Source: an uncultured delta proteobacterium (GTDB lineage: Bacteria; Desulfobacterota; Desulfobacteria; Desulfobacterales; Desulfosalsimonadaceae). Taken from it: a stretch of DNA of 64,000 nt. The stretch spans positions 256,001 through 320,000 of the forward strand of contig CAWGYD010000006.1 in the NCBI GenBank assembly GCA_963826785.1, written 5' to 3'. Positions 14,662 through 23,075 of the stretch are shown one piece after another; position 1 is the stretch's first letter; every line of letters starts with the position of its first letter. The translations under genes and the position numbers were made by a program. The notes below the pieces were generated by a model. That model was given only the letters and a program-made list of their open reading frames with translations. It made no database searches and had not been told where the DNA came from.

Positions 14662-16320
14662 TTATTCAAATAACTTCGGATTTGCCCGGCCCACGAAGTT
14701 CACCAGTCGCTGGGACAGCCATTCGCCCAGCGGATAAAGCGGCTTTCGCAGGAAGGTGTAGACGGGCCGGATCACCGGCAGCAGGACTTTTACGACCGGG
14801 TTCACCAGGCCGGAGAGGAAGCCCCCGGCAATGGCCAGCAGCTTGAACACCGGGCTGCCGATCCGCAGCAGAAAATCGAGCCCTCCCACCAGCACCCGAA
14901 AGATGATTTCCCCCGCCACCGGCCGTTTTGACGGATGGTAGGAAAGCGACTCCCGGCCGAAGAATTCATATGCGTTGTGTATATAATTCTGGTAGTACCG
15001 GAAATACATCTTGATCCAGCGGGTGATCACCCGGGGGTCCCTGCGGATGAATTCGCAGGCGGTTTTGAGCACCGGGGAGAGGGAATGGGCCAGCTGCCCC
15101 ATTCCCCAGGCGTCATGCACGCATTTTCGAAGCTGCCGAATGTCGTGTTTCTCCTGGGCATAGCGCAGATTGAACCGGTTTTTCGCCGATATGGACCACT
15201 GGATCACCGCATGGTTTTTGATCCGTCGATCGTATTCTTTCAAGAATGACCGGGTCGTATTATTGACGCGGATGGCTTCAATGGCGACGTCGGCTGCTAT
15301 ATCGGCGGAAAACCAGGCCGCGGGCACACCGTCGCACAGCTCCGTGGATTCAAGACCCGCCGCATCGCCAATGAGCAGAATGCCGTCATCATGGTTGGGC
15401 ATGTTCCGCAGCTTGGGGTCGAGGCCCACATAAATTTCGAATCCCTCCCACATGCGGGCCCGAACGCTGCTTTTGGGGGCCACTTCATCGCGCCACCAGG
15501 GAAGCTTGGTGGTGATGTTGTCGTGGTACTCCCGAAAGCGCTTCTTGAGATTGGGCACTCTGCTTCCGTCCAGGCGGAGGCAGTGGTCCTGGATATAGTG
15601 GATGCTTTCCCGATAGGGCCATACCATCAGCCCGTTTCCATGCCCCAGGGGCGGAGCGATCTTCTGCTCGTCCCAGCCCCAGCAGAAGCGCAGGGAGTAG
15701 CCGAAGAGCCGGTCTACATCCGCCTTGTCCATGACATAGTCATAGGTGTCTGAAAGGGAAATGACCTCGGGCGGGTATTTCTCCCGGATGCCGGCTTTGA
15801 CCGCCACCAGGCCCTGGGAGCCTTCCCCGTCGATGACGATCCGGCAGCGGATGCGGGTGCCGTCTTCCAGAACGACGCCGATGACGGCCTTGTTTTCCCG
15901 GATCACATCGATCACGGTGATACAGGTGCGGAGTTCCGCTCCCGCTTCCACGGCCTTTTTCGCCAGCCACTCACAAAAGGGTTTGCAGTAGGTATTGTAC
16001 CCGAAAGCCACCACAGGAGAAAAAGGTCTGGGCACCCGCAGGGTGTCGTCGATTTCGATATCCCCCGAGTCGATATCTTTGATGATGTAGTTGATGATCC
16101 CGTCCGCAGGCCGCTCGAACGGCGGGTTGCCGTCCCGGATGAAATCAGGGCCGAACAGGAATCCGTAGATGGGAATGGTCAGGCCCGAGATGACCTTTTC
16201 CCCCACATTTTCGGCGCGCTCCAGCATCAGGGTCTTCAACCCGGCCAATGCGCACTTTCGGGCTGCCACCGGGCCGCCGAAGCCCGCACCGATGACGACA
16301 ACGTCGTATGTCTGGTCCAT
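14662..16320 (-). CDS. FAD-dependent oxidoreductase, FixC/geranylgeranyl-reductase family, with hydrophobic C-terminal extension
   Basis: VVVIGAGFGG, LERAENVGEK, VIDGEG and LLIGDAAG motifs. Confidence 0.8.
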   Translation of the reverse strand: MDQTYDVVVIGAGFGGPVAARKCALAGLKTLMLERAENVGEKVISGLTIPIYGFLFGPDFIRDGNPPFERPADGIINYIIKDIDSGDIEIDDTLRVPRPFSPVVAFGYNTYCKPFCEWLAKKAVEAGAELRTCITVIDVIRENKAVIGVVLEDGTRIRCRIVIDGEGSQGLVAVKAGIREKYPPEVISLSDTYDYVMDKADVDRLFGYSLRFCWGWDEQKIAPPLGHGNGLMVWPYRESIHYIQDHCLRLDGSRVPNLKKRFREYHDNITTKLPWWRDEVAPKSSVRARMWEGFEIYVGLDPKLRNMPNHDDGILLIGDAAGLESTELCDGVPAAWFSADIAADVAIEAIRVNNTTRSFLKEYDRRIKNHAVIQWSISAKNRFNLRYAQEKHDIRQLRKCVHDAWGMGQLAHSLSPVLKTACEFIRRDPRVITRWIKMYFRYYQNYIHNAYEFFGRESLSYHPSKRPVAGEIIFRVLVGGLDFLLRIGSPVFKLLAIAGGFLSGLVNPVVKVLLPVIRPVYTFLRKPLYPLGEWLSQRLVNFVGRANPKLFE

Positions 16321-16436
16321 TGATCATCCTTTTTGCCGTGCTGTTCGAATTATTCGTCACCATACTAAACCGAACAGAATCTGGCAAGGTCTTATATTAT
16401 TTCAGGAACGGCAAAAGGATGATCGTTCCTTTGATC

Positions 16437-17204
16437 TTATACCGACGGTGAAATGTCTTCACCGGGCCGATGTGCAAACAGATCCCGGAACTGCTCCGGA
16501 ACCTCTTTTGGATTCCAGAAAGGACGCGTCCGGGATATTTCTTCCAACTCCGAAATCAGCGCCTTGAAATAATGCTGGCACTTGCTGGCATAATCTAAGT
16601 CCAGACGCCGCCGAAACATCTCGCCGGAGAATAATTGGGCGATATTTGCCAGGGGAAGGATGGCGTCCTCGGTGCCCGGGACGAACCCGGACCAGCTTCG
16701 GATATGCTCTTCCGACCGGAAGAGGTTCATGGTACTTCACGAGTAGGGGAGCCGGTCCATCCATTTGGCGAAGGGGACCGCCACGTACCCCATGATCGTG
16801 TCGGGTTTGGTGGAACGGATCTTGCCGTTGACCATTTCGATGTGAACGGGTTCGGCGCAGTCCAGGCAGGGGGCGTCGATCTCCACCCGCTGGTCCTCGA
16901 ATAGCCAGCTTACAGCCAGCGATTCGAACCCTCACTGCCCGAACCACTTCTGCTCGCCGTCCACCGTGATCCGATACTGGGTGGGAATGTTTGAAAACGG
17001 GGCAAAACTGGCGATGTAATCGGTGTCGGTGGCGGTCCAGGTTCCCGGGATTCCCAAATCCATGAGTTCATGCAGCGCCTTGCGGGCATCTTCCACCGGC
17101 AGATTCAGCACCGCCGACAACTCCGTGTAATGCGGCGCCTGGCCGGTCATTTTCATCTTTTCAATGATGGTGTGATAGGTTTTGTCCATCAGGGATGTGG
17201 CCAT
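16437..17204 (-). CDS. MerB-like (organomercurial lyase family) protein of 255 aa with two predicted selenocysteines (UGA at 16934-16932 and 16739-16737)
   Basis: AGGAG RBS and ATG at 17204; one frame through two TGA to TAA at 16437; N-terminal HTH-like region, then APFSNIPTQYRITVDGEQKWFGQ-U-GFESL, EIDAPCLDCAEPVHI and PYS-U-STMNLFRSEEH, which align with MerB motifs; hairpins follow both UGAs. Confidence 0.85.
16704..16736 (-). promoter_or_regulatory. Putative bacterial SECIS element 2
   Basis: UGA-AGUACC-AUG-AAC-CUCUUCC-[GGUC]-GGAAGAG-CAU; perfect 7-bp stem, G-initiated loop 19 nt after UGA. Confidence 0.8.
16892..16931 (-). promoter_or_regulatory. Putative bacterial SECIS element 1
   Basis: UGA-GGGU-UCGAAU-C-GCUGGC-[UGUAA]-GCUGGC-U-AUUCGA; apical loop with G starts 17 nt after UGA. 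Confidence 0.75.
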
Positions 17205-17483
17205 AAACGTTCTCCTTTCTGATTTGCAGATTGAGAGCCCGCCGGAAAGTCCTGCAAAGGCGGGAAAAGGACGCATGCGTGCCTTCGTTGTCCTTGCCGG
17301 CATATAACACCACTAATGACAGTGGGTCCGCCGTCAAGGCGCAGAGGGGCAAAACGTGCTTATGAAGCTGATATTAAAGCAGATGGGAGGAAGGAATATT
17401 TTTTTTTGGCTGCCATTTTTTTTTGCGCCTGACCTTTGCGTTCTCCTGCGGGGGAAAAGATGGAGCGGAAAGAAAATCCTCCT

Positions 17484-18611
17484 TTATGATATCAGCCCGG
17501 GGGAGGCCAGCTCAAAGGCCCGGTAAGCTTCGTATTTTTCCGGGTCCAGGGGATAATCCCAGCATCCCTGCCGGTGAACCAGGCGGCCGCCGAAGCCGGT
17601 CTTGAACCGGTACAGGCCATACATCCGGTGGCAGGGGTCCGGTGTGGGGGAGATGCCGAACAGGTCGTAGTCGCGGCAGCCGGCTTTCCTGGCCATGCAG
17701 ATGGCCTTCCACTGAAGGGCGTATGAGGCCATGAGATGGCTGTATTTCGAGGATGAAGCCCCGTACAGATAGGTGGCCCGTTTTCCGGCCAGCACGAGCA
17801 TGATTCCGGCCGCCGGCCTGCCATTTGCCTCGGCCAGCAGCAGGTGGACCTTGGCCGGGGAGTTCGTATCCGTCGAACGGACTTCTAAAGCCGCCCGGAA
17901 GTAGTCCAGATCATTTACGGCCATGCCGTGCCGGGCGGCCGTTTCACAGTAGAGGTCGTACCAGGCCCCAAGATCGGAGATTCCCCCTTCCCGGACCGAG
18001 ATCCCCTTTCGGGCCGAGACGCGAATGTTATAGCGGGTTTTGGGTTTCATATTCTTCAAGATGTGGTCCCGGTCCGCATGCAAATTGACGATTACCGTAT
18101 CGGGCGGGAGCAGGTCGGTGGGGGCCTTGCGAAGATTCCACCGTTTGGTGTCGAAATTCATGCGCATTTCCCGGACCCGGACCTTGGGTGCGCCCATCCA
18201 GTGATGATCTTTCGTGTAACGGTTTTTATCCTCGCACCAGGGAGATTTCCACGGCAGGTCATACCGGATAAACAGGCAGTTTTCCGGAAGATGGGGCCGG
18301 AGCCGTTCGGACAGCTGTTCCAGCCAGCGGCCCCGGCGTTCTTCATCCGGCAGCAGCTCGGGGCCAAAAGGAACATAGGCCATTTGCGCGGCGGCATTGA
18401 TCGGCCGCATGACCACCAGCATGTCCGTACATGGACCGATACCGTCGGCCGGCGGTTCGCCCGATTTGAGCAAAATGTCAAAGGCGATGGTTTTTCTTCC
18501 CTGCTTCTTTTTCAGGCGGTCCCAGAAGGCCGTCTGCTGGAGGATCGGCGTGGGAGCAAGGTGCCGGGATTTTTTCGGAGCGATTTTGAGATTCATGATT
18601 CCACGATTCAT
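17484..18611 (-). CDS. FemAB/FemX-family (GNAT-fold) peptidoglycan bridge aminoacyltransferase
   Basis: LQTAFW, MKPKTRYNIR, YLYGASS, LQWKAI, YDLFGI, GLYRFKTGFGG. Confidence 0.88.
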   Translation of the reverse strand: MNRGIMNLKIAPKKSRHLAPTPILQQTAFWDRLKKKQGRKTIAFDILLKSGEPPADGIGPCTDMLVVMRPINAAAQMAYVPFGPELLPDEERRGRWLEQLSERLRPHLPENCLFIRYDLPWKSPWCEDKNRYTKDHHWMGAPKVRVREMRMNFDTKRWNLRKAPTDLLPPDTVIVNLHADRDHILKNMKPKTRYNIRVSARKGISVREGGISDLGAWYDLYCETAARHGMAVNDLDYFRAALEVRSTDTNSPAKVHLLLAEANGRPAAGIMLVLAGKRATYLYGASSSKYSHLMASYALQWKAICMARKAGCRDYDLFGISPTPDPCHRMYGLYRFKTGFGGRLVHRQGCWDYPLDPEKYEAYRAFELASPGLIS

Positions 18612-18862
18612 CTGGTGCCGGGACTTGTATCATCTACCCGTCATAAACAAAAACGCAGCCGGGCGCTCAAGCTGCGTTCAAAACATGAAAAGTTGCAACA
18701 ACGGAGGTCTTCATAACAAAAAATCAAGGGACATGCAAGGGACCGGTCAATGAAAATCAAGGCAAAACATGTGCTTGACCCGCCATGCCTGTCCCGGTTA
18801 TAAAAGAAAATCGATTGTTTGCTGAAATTGACGATCATCGACCTTAATAGAAGATATCGACC

Positions 18863-19924
18863 ATGACCGTTCCCGAATCTCGATTCGTAGTGATACAGAA
18901 CCAGAACTGCCCGCTTTACAAACTCGGGGATGAGTTCAAACAGGCGGGCCGGAGCCTGTCCATGATGGGCAAATCCGCGTGCCTGACCCTGATGGATGAT
19001 ATTATCCAGGCACTGGACACATCCCAGGGCAAGGAGAACGCGGAACCCGAAACCATCGAACTGCTCACCTGCAGCGGCGACCGGGCCGGCTGCTACGGTA
19101 ATGTCAAGCTCCGGCATTACCTGGTGACGAAACCCGTGATCGACCTGGTGGAAACCGTCGAACCCCGTTATTTATCCGTGGCCCGGGAGTTGAGCCGGTT
19201 CCCCATGTTCAAAGCCCTCACCGAAACTGAGATCACCGAGGTGGTCCCCTTCTTCAAACTCAAGGAGTTTAAGGAAAAAGAAATTGTTATCCGAAAAGGG
19301 GACCCGGGGGTGAAGCTCTATGTGGTGCTGTCGGGCAGTGTCGACATTATCGGGGATTACGGGATGACCATTGCCAGTCTGGGCCAGGGGGAAGTATTCG
19401 GCGAAATGAGCCTGCTGTCCGGAAATCCGGTCAGCTCCACGGTACAGGCCGCCCAAAAATCCCGGATTCTCTACATGTTCGGCAGTTATTTCCGCATCGT
19501 CTTAAACCGTTATCCCGCCCTGCAGATGTACTTCGCCCGACTGCTGGTGGAGCGGCTCGCCAGGTCCAACATGGAGCGATCCATGGAATTTGCCTCCGGA
19601 ATGGCGGGCAGCCTCTCCGAGATATCCCCGGCCGAGCTGTTTCAGACGCTCAACATGACCCAGAAAACCGGCGTGCTGGACGTGAGCCGGGCCGATCAAA
19701 AGGGCCGGGTGCTGTTTCACACCGGTGAAGTGGTCCTGGCCGAATTTGCGGGCAAAACCGGCCAGGACGCCTTTTTCGAAATGGTCAAGCAGAGACAGGG
19801 AAATTTCAAATTCCAGCCGGGCCTTCCCGCCGGTATGGAAGACCGGCCGGTGCTGGGGGATTTCATGTATCTGCTCATGGAAGGCCTCAACCGTCTGGAC
19901 GAAGAATCCGCCACCTATGATTAA
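18863..19924 (+). CDS. Cyclic-nucleotide-binding domain plus DUF4388-like C-terminal domain protein
   Basis: IVIRKGDPGVKLYVVLSGSV..GEVFGEMSLL; C-terminal GSLSEISPAELFQTLNMTQKTGVL..LLMEGLNRLDE. Confidence 0.8.
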   Translation: MTVPESRFVVIQNQNCPLYKLGDEFKQAGRSLSMMGKSACLTLMDDIIQALDTSQGKENAEPETIELLTCSGDRAGCYGNVKLRHYLVTKPVIDLVETVEPRYLSVARELSRFPMFKALTETEITEVVPFFKLKEFKEKEIVIRKGDPGVKLYVVLSGSVDIIGDYGMTIASLGQGEVFGEMSLLSGNPVSSTVQAAQKSRILYMFGSYFRIVLNRYPALQMYFARLLVERLARSNMERSMEFASGMAGSLSEISPAELFQTLNMTQKTGVLDVSRADQKGRVLFHTGEVVLAEFAGKTGQDAFFEMVKQRQGNFKFQPGLPAGMEDRPVLGDFMYLLMEGLNRLDEESATYD

Positions 19925-20028
19925 AACAGCCGCTTATCGCTTGCTTGAAAGCCGGATCCAATATGGTGATATATTCTTGTGGTGTTCAATATATTGCTTT
20001 TCAATCCCCCTGAAGAAGGAGCCCGCCC

Positions 20029-21108
20029 GTGAACGATGCAATTTACCATGAACTGGCCAAGGTGCTCGATACACTGCCCAACGGATTTCCCGTTACCGAA
20101 AGCGGGGTGGAAATCCGGTTGCTGAAAAAAATTTTCGCCGCCGATGAAGCGGAGCTGTTCTGCCGGCTCAAGCTCAAATTCGAGACCGTGGATCAGATTG
20201 CAAAACGGACCGGCATCGCCGCTGCGGTTCTATCGGACAAACTCGACATGATGGCGGACAAGGGGCAGATCTTCAAGGTGGATATGGGCGGAGTCAGCAT
20301 CTACAAGATGCTTCCCTGGGCATTTGGCATCTATGAGATGCAGCTTCCCCACATGGACCGGGAGATGGCCGAGATGTGCGAAGAGTTCGGAAAAGTGTTC
20401 GGCAGACACTTTTTCGACAACAAGCCGCAGCTCATGCAGGTGATCCCCATTGAAGCGGAGATCGAGGGCAAGCACGAGGTTCTGGCCCATGAGCGGGTGT
20501 CGAACATCATCGAAAACAGCCAGGCCTTCATGTATTTCGACTGCATCTGCAAGAAGGAAAAGAAGCTGATGGATGATCCCTGCGACAAGCCCATGCAGGT
20601 GTGCACCGCATTTGCCCCGATTCCCGGAATCTTCGATGACCATCCCTACGGCAAGACCATGACCCGGGAGGAGGCCTACGCGCTGATGAAAAAAGCCGAA
20701 GACGCCGGCCTGGTCCACCTCACCTGGAACGTTTCCTCCGGCCATTACTTCATCTGCAACTGCTGCGGATGCTGCTGCGGTGTGCTGCGGGGGATCAACG
20801 ACCTGGGCCTCGATGCATCAAACGTGGTCCATTCGGCCTATTACGCCGTCATCGATCCGGACAGCTGCACCTCCTGCGGCCTCTGCGCGGATGAACGCTG
20901 CCAGGTGCATGCCATCAAAGAAGGCGAAGACGCCTATGAAGTGTTGCCGGAAAAATGCATCGGCTGCGGACTGTGCATCACCACCTGCCCCGGCGAGGCC
21001 ATTTCCCTGATGCGCAAAGAACATGTCGAGACCCCGCCCCGGGACGAGATGGACTGGTATGAAAAGCGGGCCCAGCTGAGGGGAGTGGATATCAGCCCGT
21101 ATAAGTAG
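20029..21108 (+). CDS. 4Fe-4S dicluster domain protein with Cys-rich central domain
   Basis: CICKK, CDKPMQVC, CNCCGCCCG, CTSCGLCADERC, CIGCGLCITTCP. Confidence 0.85.
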   Translation: MNDAIYHELAKVLDTLPNGFPVTESGVEIRLLKKIFAADEAELFCRLKLKFETVDQIAKRTGIAAAVLSDKLDMMADKGQIFKVDMGGVSIYKMLPWAFGIYEMQLPHMDREMAEMCEEFGKVFGRHFFDNKPQLMQVIPIEAEIEGKHEVLAHERVSNIIENSQAFMYFDCICKKEKKLMDDPCDKPMQVCTAFAPIPGIFDDHPYGKTMTREEAYALMKKAEDAGLVHLTWNVSSGHYFICNCCGCCCGVLRGINDLGLDASNVVHSAYYAVIDPDSCTSCGLCADERCQVHAIKEGEDAYEVLPEKCIGCGLCITTCPGEAISLMRKEHVETPPRDEMDWYEKRAQLRGVDISPYK

Positions 21109-21125
21109 CGGCTGGACGAAAAGGG

Positions 21126-22151
21126 CTATTTCGGCTCCGCCCCTTTTTTGAGTTCAATGGCCTGTTTTAACAGTTCTTCGGAGTACTGTTTGCCGGTCAG
21201 GTCCTTGCATACCTGGTTTGCGGCGGCGGCGAGTTCCGCCACGTCCTGTTCGGACCACTCTGCCGGTGCCACCCCCCGGGCTTCCATGACCCGGGTGGCC
21301 TCGATATTCTGTTTTCGCACCAGCTGGTTGAGCCGTTTGAAATGGCTTTCCGCAAGGTCCATCAGCGTCTTCTGATCTTCTTTGGATATCTTGTCGAACA
21401 CGTTTTTCTTCACTATCAGGGTGGCGGTGAAAAAACCCACCGGCGTGGTGGAATGGTACCGGGTCTTGACGTACCACTGAAACGACACCGCCCCTAAAGG
21501 TGTATTGTAAACGGTGTCCACCATTCCGGTCTGCAGCCCCATCATCACATCCACCACGGAAAGCGGCACCGGGTCGACCCCCAGCTTCTCCCAGCAGTAC
21601 TGGGCCAGAGAATCACCATCCCATACCCAGATTTTGGTCGATTTGAGCGCTTTCAGATCAGCAATGGGCGAAGCGGAGTAAAAATAGACCGATCCCAGAT
21701 CCATCCATCCCACCAGGACGTATCCCTTTTCCGCAAGCTTCTTCTTGAAATACGGGGCCAGCCCTTCCCGGATGCGGTCAAATTCGCCTTGGTCGGCCAC
21801 AAAAAACGGTAGATCCAATATCCGGATTTCCGGCAAAATTTCGCCCATGCCGTTTCCGGTAAATCCCCCGCCGTCGAGTTGTCCGATGCGGATTTTGCTC
21901 AGGACCGCTTTTTCATCGCCGGCCACCCCGCCCGGATAGATTTTAAAGCCCACCCGGTGATCGGTTTTTTGCATCAACTCCGCATTGAATTCCTGCAATA
22001 TCCGGTCCCAGGTGGACCCTTCCGGCGCAATGGTGGCGATCTTGATGGCCACATCGCATTTCTGTGCGGCTGCGGTGCCCAGTCCGCAAAAAAACCAAAC
22101 CATGGCCATAGTAAAGCCGACAAGATATCGACTACAATTGATCCGTTTCAC
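21126..22151 (-). CDS. dctP: TRAP substrate-binding protein DctP (TatP-type)
   Basis: IKIATIAPEGSTW, YPGGVAGDE, KIRIGQLDG, LQTGMVD; GAGGAGG RBS before GTG 22151. Confidence 0.88.
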   Translation of the reverse strand: MKRINCSRYLVGFTMAMVWFFCGLGTAAAQKCDVAIKIATIAPEGSTWDRILQEFNAELMQKTDHRVGFKIYPGGVAGDEKAVLSKIRIGQLDGGGFTGNGMGEILPEIRILDLPFFVADQGEFDRIREGLAPYFKKKLAEKGYVLVGWMDLGSVYFYSASPIADLKALKSTKIWVWDGDSLAQYCWEKLGVDPVPLSVVDVMMGLQTGMVDTVYNTPLGAVSFQWYVKTRYHSTTPVGFFTATLIVKKNVFDKISKEDQKTLMDLAESHFKRLNQLVRKQNIEATRVMEARGVAPAEWSEQDVAELAAAANQVCKDLTGKQYSEELLKQAIELKKGAEPK

Positions 22152-23052
22152 TGGGGACCTCCTCGGCGAAATAATCGTTTTCCTGTTCCAGCAGGCGCAC
22201 GGCACGCTCTTTGGCGATGACATTGGACAGGGTGGTTTCCGGCAGGGTCGAGCCGGTGGCCGCCATCACCTCGGCCAGCAGGGATTCAAACAGTTTCCGG
22301 TCCTGGACCTGAACAGCATAGGAGCGGGCATAGAGCACCTGGATCATGTAGGATTGCCGGTGGGTAAGGGCGAGCGCCCTCTCGAAATGCATCTTCGATA
22401 GCTCGGGCCGGCCGCCGAGGGGGACCGGGACGCTGCCGTGGTAAAACCCCAGGAAGGTCTCGGGTCCGGCAAACCAGTACGCGGGATCCAGGCTGGCGGC
22501 CTCCTCCACTATCCGGATGACAAAGGGCATGTCCGCCAGGGCCGCAGGCGATTCCCGGTCCAGCTGAATCCGGCCGCCCCAGGCAAAGGCGGTCCAGAAC
22601 AGGGCGGGCACGTCCTTTTTTTCCGCTCGGGTTAAAATAGCGCTCCACTGGTCCAGGTCAAACGGGTTTTCCGGAACCAGCCCGCTTTGTGAAAGCAGTT
22701 TGAGGCCGTACTTTTCGCCCCGGCTGTAAAGGCCCATGGCGCGAGCCGGATTCTCCGGCTCGATGAACATGAACGCATGCGCGGAAAATCCCTGGGATGC
22801 CAGCAGCAGCAGATCCGGATTGCCCGGATCATTTTCCAGAAAGGCTTCTATGAACTTGAGGTTTGCGGCCATGGAATTTCTCACCAGGACCGGATCGTCA
22901 TCTTTTAAATACGCGGCATGTCCGGTCTGCATTATATCCGTCACCTGGCTGACCGCAAGCTTTCTGACGCTGCAGGCGGATAATGCCGCAAACGTCAGAA
23001 CAACTAAAATCATAACCATCCATCTGTGACGTGTGTGAATTTTTGTGTCCAT
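22132..23052 (-). CDS. TRAP-associated TPR lipoprotein (TatT family)
   Basis: Lipobox LSAC, LFWTAFAWGG, LGGRPELSKMHFERAL, YARSYAVQVQDRKLF; directly upstream of dctP. Confidence 0.82.
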   Translation of the reverse strand: MDTKIHTRHRWMVMILVVLTFAALSACSVRKLAVSQVTDIMQTGHAAYLKDDDPVLVRNSMAANLKFIEAFLENDPGNPDLLLLASQGFSAHAFMFIEPENPARAMGLYSRGEKYGLKLLSQSGLVPENPFDLDQWSAILTRAEKKDVPALFWTAFAWGGRIQLDRESPAALADMPFVIRIVEEAASLDPAYWFAGPETFLGFYHGSVPVPLGGRPELSKMHFERALALTHRQSYMIQVLYARSYAVQVQDRKLFESLLAEVMAATGSTLPETTLSNVIAKERAVRLLEQENDYFAEEVPSETDQL

Positions 23053-23075
23053 GCCACCTCCTTTACATACAGATC

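Noticed and set aside
16459..16947. 162-aa ORF MVRAVRVRIAGCK as the true gene
   Set aside because: It is an alternative frame with no recognisable motifs; the MerB-like frame with two UGAs explains the region
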